In this document: one piece after another, positions 9,983 through 18,925 of the stretch
Numbering within the stretch: position 1 is the first letter of the stretch
How the letters are laid out: every line of letters starts with the position of its first letter
DNA from: a virus
Length of the DNA: 64,000 bases
Virus record (IMG/VR): IMGVR_UViG_3300032083_003484
Location: 12,685 to 76,684 of that record
Reading direction: 5' to 3' (one strand)
Notes under the pieces: generated by a model
Told to the model about the DNA's origin: nothing
Database searches by the model: none
The model's input: the letters and a program-made list of their open reading frames with translations, nothing else
Made by a program: the position numbers and the translations under genes

Positions 9983-11796
9983 TATCTTACCTCTCCGTTG
10001 ATATCTTGATTTGGAAACTTAACTTCCCAAATAACATTTTTTGGTATAAAGATCTTCCTACCATCAGATGAATAGTTTGCGTTTAGATTGTATACAGTTG
10101 AGGAATAATCTGCTCCTGTTTTTCTCTCCAGGAAGACACGTATAACATCAGCAACGCCTTCTGTTTCGTTAATGATATTTGTAAGTTTTGTTACGTGAAT
10201 TGAGTCACCTATTTCATTTGGATTTTGTCTTAGGTATTTTGCGAGATCTCTTTTGATTCTTGCTAGAACTGAGGCCCTGTCATAGCCATCCTCGGACACA
10301 GCAACAAAATCTATTTTAACATTTACAATTTTTGCAGAAAAGATGTCAACTGAGTCGTTTATTAGTTTGTATCTAGCCAACCACGCTTTAGTGTTATTGA
10401 ACATTGAGTCGGTAGGTGTAGATAGCTTTCCGGAATTATCCTCTGACAAAATAAATAAGTTTATATTATTTTTCAAACTTGCAGAATCTTTATAAGCCGC
10501 AACTCGTTTGACCCCTCCGAGACCGGAAGGCATTGCTGATAGCAGGGCTTTATAATCGGCCGTTGTTACCGCTCTGTTCTGTGCGAATAAGGAGTTAGAA
10601 GCAAGAACTTTTATGTCACTAGTTGTCAGCGGAGATAGGTCACCGGTGATAGGCTCCTCGTTGGTGACTTCTAGACTGTTTATTACTTGTGATTTTAAAC
10701 TATCGCTAGTCGCAGCGTCAGTAAACTTAAAATAAGGTCTTGCGATTGCGTTTAGAGTGCCGGCGGCAATGTTGACATTCGCATTGGTATTCTCTCTATA
10801 CGTTACGTTTAGGACCGTGTTTGCTGGAGATACTCCAAACTTACCACTCTTTAGAAGAACGTTTGGATCGAAAGAGGTGTCTGAGATATATTCTTTGCCG
10901 AATAAATCTAATGTTTTCTTGCTTGGTATGATTGTTTTTTCTTGACTCTCGATCTCTTCTTCTGATCCATATCCAAATCTAAGAAATGTTGCTCCCTGCT
11001 CTCTAAGGACTTCGAACCTTCTTGGGGTTGCTTTTGGTTGTAGGAGATATTTTACATACGCCTTGTCTGGACCGTTATTAGGCATCTGTCTATAAACCGT
11101 GTCCTGGGCTAGGTTTGGTACTTGGAAGTATTCGTTGTTGTTTGAGTCAGAGACAGAAAGTATCTCAATAATGTTGTTATTGTTTAGTCTAACTTTCTGA
11201 AATGGTCTAAACTCTCCGATCGTTCTTTGTAGGACTGACGTCTTTCCGGAAATAACACGGCCAAAGCCTTTTATTGCGAATCGGGACGGGCGACCTGTTT
11301 CATCATCTCTTTCGGCTACAACGACCTCATTGTTGCGGTCAGAAAAGTCAATGTCTGCTGCTAACGTGAACGCTATCCCTGAAGAGGTTTTGAGTGAAGT
11401 GCCTCTTGATAAGGTGGGAGCATAGTTATAGTTTGGTGCTGCGCCGCCTTCTAGGTCACTGGAAGTTGTTGCCGGCACTAAAATATAAAACGAGCAAATA
11501 CCAGTTGATGTTTTGTTTGGCTGATATCGATAACCCATTTGCCTGGCGATCTTTATTATGTTCTCAAACTCGCCGGCGGTGTCTAAAAAGGACTCGTTAA
11601 CAGAATAGTCTAAGTAGAAAGAAAGAATGTCACCAACATAAGCAGTGGTGTCAAGAACCATTGAGCCAAATCCGGCTTCTTGGAAGTCTTGGAAAGTATC
11701 CGGATAATATCTTTTAATGAAAGATACTAAATCCTGTTTGATTGTCTCAAACTCTCTTGATGTGTAACGTATCGCTGGTCTTGTAACCTTTGACAT
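9982..11796 (-). CDS. Baseplate wedge protein (T4 gp6 / baseplate J-like)
   Basis: 604 aa; YTSREFETIKQDL...DFQEAGFGSMVLD..AYVGDILSFYLD..NESFLDTA and QNRAVTTADY motifs typical of gp6. Confidence 0.85.
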   Translation of the reverse strand: MSKVTRPAIRYTSREFETIKQDLVSFIKRYYPDTFQDFQEAGFGSMVLDTTAYVGDILSFYLDYSVNESFLDTAGEFENIIKIARQMGYRYQPNKTSTGICSFYILVPATTSSDLEGGAAPNYNYAPTLSRGTSLKTSSGIAFTLAADIDFSDRNNEVVVAERDDETGRPSRFAIKGFGRVISGKTSVLQRTIGEFRPFQKVRLNNNNIIEILSVSDSNNNEYFQVPNLAQDTVYRQMPNNGPDKAYVKYLLQPKATPRRFEVLREQGATFLRFGYGSEEEIESQEKTIIPSKKTLDLFGKEYISDTSFDPNVLLKSGKFGVSPANTVLNVTYRENTNANVNIAAGTLNAIARPYFKFTDAATSDSLKSQVINSLEVTNEEPITGDLSPLTTSDIKVLASNSLFAQNRAVTTADYKALLSAMPSGLGGVKRVAAYKDSASLKNNINLFILSEDNSGKLSTPTDSMFNNTKAWLARYKLINDSVDIFSAKIVNVKIDFVAVSEDGYDRASVLARIKRDLAKYLRQNPNEIGDSIHVTKLTNIINETEGVADVIRVFLERKTGADYSSTVYNLNANYSSDGRKIFIPKNVIWEVKFPNQDINGEVR

Positions 11797-11815
11797 TTGA
11801 TTTCTCCTCTAGGGC

Positions 11816-12349
11816 CTATAAGCTTTGCTGGGTATTTGTAGAATAGTTAAAGAACTCGTTAATATTTAGCGGGTTGATAAAATAAGATACACTCACACCC
11901 AAGCGGTTATCGTTTTGTTGTTCACTAAAACTTACTTGTCTGATCGTTATATAGGAAAGGTATTTCTTAGTTTGTGAATAAATGCGGCCTTCCAGCTGGG
12001 ATTCTATTCCTCGCTGTCTCAACTCAAACAAATACTTCTTTACGCCAACTCCAAATAAAGGATCCATAATCTTTTCGCCTGGTGATGTTAGCATTAGATT
12101 TTTGAAGTTCTGTTTAACTAGATTTCTATAACCACGAATCATTTGATAGCCGTCCGAAGATGCGTTCGTTGAGTTTTTGTCTATTGGCAAACTAACAGAT
12201 AGAAAGGGCGCTGCTGTTAGTATTTGATCGTCCGATGGAATTACAAGCGAGTTGTCTACTAATCGGTCAGCATCAGTGGCTGTATCGAAAACCTGATCGT
12301 TTTCAAAGATATCAAAATCAATATTTGTTGTTTGTTTTATATTAGACAT
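11816..12349 (-). CDS. Baseplate wedge subunit, gp25/GPW family
   Basis: VKQNFKNLMLTSPGEKIMDPLFGVGVKKYLFE signature. Confidence 0.85.
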   Translation of the reverse strand: MSNIKQTTNIDFDIFENDQVFDTATDADRLVDNSLVIPSDDQILTAAPFLSVSLPIDKNSTNASSDGYQMIRGYRNLVKQNFKNLMLTSPGEKIMDPLFGVGVKKYLFELRQRGIESQLEGRIYSQTKKYLSYITIRQVSFSEQQNDNRLGVSVSYFINPLNINEFFNYSTNTQQSL

Positions 12350-15300
12350 TTTTTAAGAAGTCCTTGCTTACTTTTGTGCAGATCTTATTTTGTATTTTTA
12401 CAGGCTTGAAGACTATATCTCTAACTTCCACTTCCCCAACCAGGCCTAGCGGCCCGGCTTCGTCTTCTTCTGAAGCTATTTCTTTTTGGACTTCCTCTAC
12501 AGAATAACTAGTTGCTTCATTTATAATGTTTGGAATTGGCAGCATACAAGATAAGAAAATGTTAATAGAGGCGTTGGCTTTAAAGTCGCTAGCTAGTTGC
12601 GAGGTGTTGTTAGATAGCATTAGGTTTGAGATCAGTTGGTTATCTTGAGTCTCTTGCGGGGTGTTTATTTCTCTTTCGAATGAACAAAGCTCAGTCATTA
12701 TGAAACCCGCACCGTTGATCCCAAAGATTGGAGCTTCAGCAGCTGCCAAGATTGTGCTTATTTTCTGATCTCTATATAGGCCTAGTGTTTTTGTCTCTGA
12801 GCTGATCATATTGAGTTGGTCAATTGCTTGCTCGGGGGGCCTCGGGAATTCGCTAGAAAGGAATTTGGTCAGATAGGAACTAAGTACTCTATATTTCATA
12901 GAGACATTAAAGTTATTGAAAACAAAGTCTTCTAAGCTATCCTCAGACTCAGTAAGGGTTTGGATACTGGCCATAAGATTTTCGGTTTCAAACAGGTCGT
13001 CATGACCCAGGAGAACCGGATTGCCATTTTTAATGTTTAAGAAAACTAATCGCTGGAGTTCCATCTTTGAACCAACAGCCCTCTCGGCAGCTGTTGTTTC
13101 ATCGGAAGAAGGGAGGAGATCGTTCTGGTCAACGTCTTCCAGCGATGTTGCTAGGGTGCTTTCTGATTTGAGTGTAACTTTATAAGATAAGTTAGAGACT
13201 AAAAACGATGTCTTCCCCCTCGGGCCGTCAGCATCAGCGCCTCTGGTTAAAAATGGGCCAAAGTCTTCTTCGGCCAGTACAGCATCTTCAAGTAACGGCG
13301 TTTTAAAGTTGTATATAATCGAAGCCGGCTCGGTGCCTTCGATGGCTGAATAAAGAAGTTGGTTCTCTGAAGACATGCCTGTAGCAAATGAGCCAGACAC
13401 AGAAGAGGCGGCTTCATCTATCAGTAAGAACATTAGATCTTGAGGTGTAGCACGTCGACCTAGTGAGCGACTTAGAGAGGATAGTTGACCGGTTATTTTT
13501 GCTATCTCGTATACATAATAAGAGATGGCATTCCAGCCATAGATTTTATTATTGAGATAATTAACCTCAAAATCAGAAAATAGTGTATTGATTTTTACTT
13601 TTACCTTTTGTGCTGCGCTCGAACGATTATAAATAGATGTTGAGAAGTCGTTGATCGACAGGATATATCCTGCTGTATTTAGAACCGCAAATCTTAAATG
13701 GGCGTCCTCAAGAAGGATACATGTAAAGATTGTTTTTATGTTTTCTTTTATAGATGCAATTTCATCATCTGTTTTTGTCAATAAAAGCTGAGAATATTCT
13801 GGAAGTTCCTTGATAAATCTTTTATAAGTCATTTCTTGCTTTAAAGTTCCGTTCAGATAATCTTCCATTACGACTTCTAACTGCGAAGATGGTAGAAGGC
13901 TTGAGGAGCTTCCTTTGGGTACCTCTTCATTCCCGCCTAAAAGTTCAGCAATCCCACCTTCGTCCAAGCTAATACCGGAATTTTCCAACTTGATTCTTAG
14001 AGAAGCAGCAGCTATACTTTTACCCGTCGTTTCCATTTGTCTAGCAAACGTATCGAAGTCGACCTCTTCATTGAAAGAAATCTTATCCAAAGCTTGTTTG
14101 ACCAACTGACCTTCTTTTATTCTCTCGATACTTAACGCACCGGAGGCACGATTGGTCTCATCTCCATTTACCAAGCCTCTAAGAGGCGACTCGGGGTCTG
14201 TTTCAGAGTTGGCAATAGCTATCCCTAGAGGTTCTGAGACTTCTTCCTCATAAAAACTCACCCCTATATCAAAGCTTTTCTTGTCACTATTGTTGATCTC
14301 TGGATTTCGATCTATGATTTGGTATGCTAGTTCTCTTGGCTCTACCGGCATCTCATCTAAATAAAATAAATTATTCCGGAATGCTAGATCGATTGCGTCA
14401 CTAATAGGGATTTCCGGAATAATCTCGGATATCGTTTTTGGTTCGGCTAGAAGCCTCAAGGGAGAGCCTAGTCTAGTGATCTTATCCTCATATCTTCTTG
14501 ACCTTTCTATAAGGGACGTACCATACGCTGCAACGCATGCGTCTAGACTTCCTAGTGTTGCCTTTATATTATCTTCGTGAAGTTCTCCTAGGGTCTCCTG
14601 GTCTCTGTTTAGGGCGAATTTTGGTGTGTTCTTAATTACCGGTAGTTCATTGGTTTGTCCGGCAGCTGCCAACTGTGGGATTAGCAGTGAAGGGTGGGCT
14701 TGGTTTGGAAGTTGGTCTTCTATCTCTCTTGTAAGGCTTTCTGGATCTGTAAGGTATTTAAAGATCTTTGCGGCATCGTCTTTATCTGCTTCTCTCTGTT
14801 GCTGCAAGATTCTTTCTAGCTCCTCTCTTAGTGCTGGGTTTGGCTCTGTGCACAGCTGATCAATCAAATCAGAAATATTAGGATCTGAACATAAGTCTAG
14901 GTTGTTAACAAAGCCGTTTGCGCTCAGGCCCGGTAGTTGGGGTGAGAAGCCATCTAGTGTGTCAAGCAAGTCGCCTATTCCAATGATACTACCCATTGCT
15001 GAGCCGGCATCTGAAAGGATACTTGGGTTTAGCCTTATTTCTGATGCCAAATCGGAATTGATTGCTCTGAAATAGACGTCTGCTCTTTGGAGGGTGTCCT
15101 CACTGACATCGCCATCAAGTAAGCGTGCTAGATCGGGTCCAGGTAAAATGCCTTTTCCGCAAGCATCTTTAAAAAAGTTGAGCAAGTCACGATTGTTTCT
15201 TTGGTTGCCTATTCTCGGTGTTAAGACACTACAGGCAGCGACAGAAGGCAGGTCGACACCATCTAGACCAGCACAAATAGCACCGGCAAGAGTTTGGCCA

Positions 15301-17717
15301 AAATCACGCAGGGCGTTTGCAAACTCGCAGGGCTCAAAATCAAAAATAAAGTCAGGTATCAGCGATAACAAGAACTGAACCAGTGCTTTAATCAACCTTA
15401 GCAAAAGAGCATATAGGATTGATAAAACTGAGCCTAAAATGAAACCAAATATGTCAGGCATTGATATATCTGGTAGTCTAATGTTTAGGGGGAATAACTT
15501 AAAGTCTGGTAAGTTTAGATCTGGTAGGTTGCAAAAGTCTAAATTTTTCACGTCCCAAGCATTTAACCATTCAGACCACTCATCAAAGTATTCTAAGATT
15601 GGTGCACCTAGTTCATCGACCAAGAACATTATAAACTCTGTATAAACCTCAGCGTTATTTTGACGGTCGCAGTTTGACAAACCAATAATCAAATCGATTA
15701 GTTCGTTTTTTGTTTCGGCTGTAAACTCACCAGACACTCCGCCCGTTGCTATGTTGACTAGTCTTTTCCTTTGTTCTTTTTTAGCAGAACTCGGAGAGCT
15801 GACGTCTCGAAGATCAACGTCAATGTCTCTAGCGCTATCCGGATCATCTAAATCAACACCATAAAACTGCTTTGCGAGGAAAGACCCTTCTGACTCTGGC
15901 ATTTCAACGGTTGATAGATCTCCGATGTCTTCAAATGTTCCTAATATACTATTTAACTCGTTGATATATACGTCATCTTTATTTTCTTCCTCTCGTTCGG
16001 CTTCGATATCGGCTGATAGGCCGGCTAGACCAGTTGGCCCATTTAACCTTTCTTTTGCTATCTCGATCCTAGCTTCTAACTCATCTCGACGGTTACGGAT
16101 TTCTGCTATTTCTTCTGCTGTTCCTTCTTGTATTATTTGTCGCTCTTCTTCCACTAGGCCTGCACGCTCATCAAGCAAGGTGTTCAGTCTTCGTAGTCTT
16201 CTTTCCTCTATGGAGAATCCACCACCTACCGAGTTGGCCAAGTCGATACTCGCAAAAAATAAAGCAGCTCTTTGCAGGGCAGCGGGTGGAAGTCCTGACA
16301 TTAAAGTGTTTATTGTTCTTGGATCTTTGAAAAAATTAGAAATACGTTCAGCCATTATCTTCTTGACAAAACTATCATCTAAGATCTCGTCGATACCATA
16401 TCTTGAGGCTGTGCTCGCTAACGCAATTGCCAAAATCTGCTGCCATTCTATAGAGTTTGCAAACTGGCCAAATTTTGAGAGCGCTTGTGAGTCTTGATCA
16501 CTACTAATAAAACTGCCGGCATTCTGAAGTTGCTCGAAGAAGTCTGACACCTCGTCTTTTATCGAACTCCCCCCAACAAGAAACTCTTTTCTCAGAGTTT
16601 CTTTCATGGCGGCTCTAACATCGCTGCTTTCTAAGAATCCGCTTTCGTCTATAAGGTCCTCGGCGGTTTTGAAGGGGTTGTCCTTCAGTAGAGATCTGGC
16701 TTCTTTCGTGGGCACGTCTGATAAACTTTGTCTAATCCTTGCTGTAATGTCAGCAGAGGATACGTTTTGGCGAAAGTTAGCTGCAGCCAAACAATCATTT
16801 TGTACGATTTCTACATTGGGCGCTATAAAGTTTCTTCTTACCAGGTTGTCAAACTTTATGTTCAACCCTCTGAATGTTGTCGCAAACAGGTCTGGATATA
16901 TTGATTCAAAGTTATAAAGATAAAAGTTTGCTCGGGCGTCATTGAGGGCTTTGTATTTTCTAGTCTCAAACTCTTCGGCTGATTGACGAAAAACTAGTTG
17001 CATTTCGTTACTTACTTTTTCGTTTACATACTCGATCTTGGATATGGTCTGAAAGTTGTCTGCAAAGTGTATGATTATACTTTCACCATCTTTGTTTGGC
17101 TTGTTTGGGATAACAGTGTCTAGGAAGTTTGTAAGCTTGGTTAGCTGCTTCTTTTTAGTTGAGAACTTTCTAAAGTTGATTCCTTTTACTATGCTACGGC
17201 TTGTTGGTCTTTGTAACGCTAAGAAGTTGATCTTCATAAACGTCTGTATGAACCTAATTTTCTTTTTAAAGTCTCTATAGTTGCAGATCTTTATTCTTGC
17301 AACTGTCGGTAAATCTCGGCTAGGACTCATAAAGTCTTCACCCATAGGGAGGCTCAATAAGTCTAATGATATAAAGAAAACCTTTTTAAATATAACATCT
17401 TCACACTCTTCTTCACCTAGGTTTATAAATTCAACCCTTTCTAATGTGATCCTATCCCCCTCTGAAGTTATTGCAGTTCCGTCAACTGTATTGTTTGTAA
17501 AGAAGACTGACCCCTTTCCAAGATTTGCATAATGTAAGGAGAAAAGACTAGAAGCTTCTGTTTTTAGGCTAGCCCTTAAAGTAGGTAGGTCGATTCCGCC
17601 TGAGTTCTTCATGCTGAATCTAGTCTCTACATAGATTGCTGCAACTGAGGATAAGCCTCCAGGGTTGGACGTCTCTATTTCGCTAACTTTATTTAGTATT
17701 AGTTCTTCAAAAATCAT
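12342..17717 (-). CDS. Large putative tail/baseplate structural protein (1791 aa)
   Basis: Long ORF between the gp25-like and gp5-like genes; acidic, with a coiled-coil stretch and a hydrophobic amphipathic segment; no recognisable catalytic motif. Confidence 0.5.
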   Translation of the reverse strand: MIFEELILNKVSEIETSNPGGLSSVAAIYVETRFSMKNSGGIDLPTLRASLKTEASSLFSLHYANLGKGSVFFTNNTVDGTAITSEGDRITLERVEFINLGEEECEDVIFKKVFFISLDLLSLPMGEDFMSPSRDLPTVARIKICNYRDFKKKIRFIQTFMKINFLALQRPTSRSIVKGINFRKFSTKKKQLTKLTNFLDTVIPNKPNKDGESIIIHFADNFQTISKIEYVNEKVSNEMQLVFRQSAEEFETRKYKALNDARANFYLYNFESIYPDLFATTFRGLNIKFDNLVRRNFIAPNVEIVQNDCLAAANFRQNVSSADITARIRQSLSDVPTKEARSLLKDNPFKTAEDLIDESGFLESSDVRAAMKETLRKEFLVGGSSIKDEVSDFFEQLQNAGSFISSDQDSQALSKFGQFANSIEWQQILAIALASTASRYGIDEILDDSFVKKIMAERISNFFKDPRTINTLMSGLPPAALQRAALFFASIDLANSVGGGFSIEERRLRRLNTLLDERAGLVEEERQIIQEGTAEEIAEIRNRRDELEARIEIAKERLNGPTGLAGLSADIEAEREEENKDDVYINELNSILGTFEDIGDLSTVEMPESEGSFLAKQFYGVDLDDPDSARDIDVDLRDVSSPSSAKKEQRKRLVNIATGGVSGEFTAETKNELIDLIIGLSNCDRQNNAEVYTEFIMFLVDELGAPILEYFDEWSEWLNAWDVKNLDFCNLPDLNLPDFKLFPLNIRLPDISMPDIFGFILGSVLSILYALLLRLIKALVQFLLSLIPDFIFDFEPCEFANALRDFGQTLAGAICAGLDGVDLPSVAACSVLTPRIGNQRNNRDLLNFFKDACGKGILPGPDLARLLDGDVSEDTLQRADVYFRAINSDLASEIRLNPSILSDAGSAMGSIIGIGDLLDTLDGFSPQLPGLSANGFVNNLDLCSDPNISDLIDQLCTEPNPALREELERILQQQREADKDDAAKIFKYLTDPESLTREIEDQLPNQAHPSLLIPQLAAAGQTNELPVIKNTPKFALNRDQETLGELHEDNIKATLGSLDACVAAYGTSLIERSRRYEDKITRLGSPLRLLAEPKTISEIIPEIPISDAIDLAFRNNLFYLDEMPVEPRELAYQIIDRNPEINNSDKKSFDIGVSFYEEEVSEPLGIAIANSETDPESPLRGLVNGDETNRASGALSIERIKEGQLVKQALDKISFNEEVDFDTFARQMETTGKSIAAASLRIKLENSGISLDEGGIAELLGGNEEVPKGSSSSLLPSSQLEVVMEDYLNGTLKQEMTYKRFIKELPEYSQLLLTKTDDEIASIKENIKTIFTCILLEDAHLRFAVLNTAGYILSINDFSTSIYNRSSAAQKVKVKINTLFSDFEVNYLNNKIYGWNAISYYVYEIAKITGQLSSLSRSLGRRATPQDLMFLLIDEAASSVSGSFATGMSSENQLLYSAIEGTEPASIIYNFKTPLLEDAVLAEEDFGPFLTRGADADGPRGKTSFLVSNLSYKVTLKSESTLATSLEDVDQNDLLPSSDETTAAERAVGSKMELQRLVFLNIKNGNPVLLGHDDLFETENLMASIQTLTESEDSLEDFVFNNFNVSMKYRVLSSYLTKFLSSEFPRPPEQAIDQLNMISSETKTLGLYRDQKISTILAAAEAPIFGINGAGFIMTELCSFEREINTPQETQDNQLISNLMLSNNTSQLASDFKANASINIFLSCMLPIPNIINEATSYSVEEVQKEIASEEDEAGPLGLVGEVEVRDIVFKPVKIQNKICTKVSKDFLKNV

Positions 17718-18619
17718 TAGTTTACTCTATGATAACTAGAAAGTATATCTTTATAGCCAATGCTAGTTAAATAGTTTACTGTGTCTGATGTCAAACTTAT
17801 CTTTTGTGAGATACCTTTTAAGATAATCTTTGTGTCCTCTAGGGACTTGAGCACAGTGGGGACGGTTGCGACGGTGCCATTTCCTGGCCATGGCACTCCT
17901 AGGGCCGCTAAGATGCCGGCTTCGTAAATAAGCATCGCCTTGGACATTTCCATTACAAGACCGTTTGTATCGCTGATCTGCTTTATAAGTTTGTTTAGGA
18001 ACTCAACTAAGTTCTCTCCTTTTACCATAGGCTGTAGATCCGAGTCATCATTCCCACCTATCAGGTCCACTCCAAGAGACCGGTTGATTAGTTTTCCATT
18101 GGAGTTTCTGTTATTGACCTTTGTTACAAGTTTTATTCCAGCGTCGTCTGCTATTATTCTTATAGCGTCTGCTTTTAGAGCGACGGCAGAGCGAGCAATG
18201 GCGTTTGGAGAGTTCTTGCTGGTGATTTTAAAGTTTTGATCTACGTCTGTCTTCTCGGCAATGTAAACTCTGGCAGCGTCCGTTATAAAGTTAGGATCGA
18301 CAAAAACCTTTTCGTCTTTTGGCGCACCCGGTGCTCTGCGGCCGACAACTAAGTCAATAGAATGGGCGCCCGGTGCTCCAATGCCGCCGTAGCCGGTTAG
18401 GCGGTCCTTTGGGCGGTCCCTTCCTAGAACAATAAAAGAGTTTGCGTTTGAGAGTACTTTTTCACACTTTGCAGAAATAAACTCTGGTAAGGGCTCAAAC
18501 TTTTCTGCGCATCCAATACCTGAGCCTGTACTGTTCTTTTCGAAAGTTTTTTCTTCTATCTGCTTGTTGGCTTCTTTGGATACAACATTGTTTTCATTTA
18601 GTTTTTCTATTCTTGGCAT
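17717..18619 (-). CDS. Putative baseplate spike, gp5 C-terminal-like
   Basis: NSFIVLGRDRP...IDLVVGR, SAVALKADAIRII beta-repeat pattern and QPMVKGENLVEFL tail typical of phage spike proteins. Confidence 0.6.
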   Translation of the reverse strand: MPRIEKLNENNVVSKEANKQIEEKTFEKNSTGSGIGCAEKFEPLPEFISAKCEKVLSNANSFIVLGRDRPKDRLTGYGGIGAPGAHSIDLVVGRRAPGAPKDEKVFVDPNFITDAARVYIAEKTDVDQNFKITSKNSPNAIARSAVALKADAIRIIADDAGIKLVTKVNNRNSNGKLINRSLGVDLIGGNDDSDLQPMVKGENLVEFLNKLIKQISDTNGLVMEMSKAMLIYEAGILAALGVPWPGNGTVATVPTVLKSLEDTKIILKGISQKISLTSDTVNYLTSIGYKDILSSYHRVN

Positions 18620-18909
18620 TATTCTTCTTCTTTATCGTTTATGATGTCGTATAACTGATCTTTGTCTGATGATGAGAACTCAAAAGATGAAGTTTTTTGT
18701 TTTTGCATCAAAGCAGCAACTTTTACTAACTGTTCATTGGATCGTTGCAAGGTCTCAACATATTTAGCAGCAACAGGTCCAACTTCCCTGTGGCGTTCTT
18801 CGGCTGCGCCTAGGTATTTCATTAGGTCTTGGAGAAGTTCTTTTGTTGTTGCCCTGTCTTCCTCAATGTTGTCGAGGGCGTTTGATAATGTTTCGTCTAG
18901 GTTTTTCAT
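18619..18909 (-). CDS. Hypothetical helical phage protein
   Basis: 96 aa ORF translationally coupled to neighbours. Confidence 0.6.
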   Translation of the reverse strand: MKNLDETLSNALDNIEEDRATTKELLQDLMKYLGAAEERHREVGPVAAKYVETLQRSNEQLVKVAALMQKQKTSSFEFSSSDKDQLYDIINDKEEE

Positions 18910-18925
18910 AAATTTGTGTTATAAA

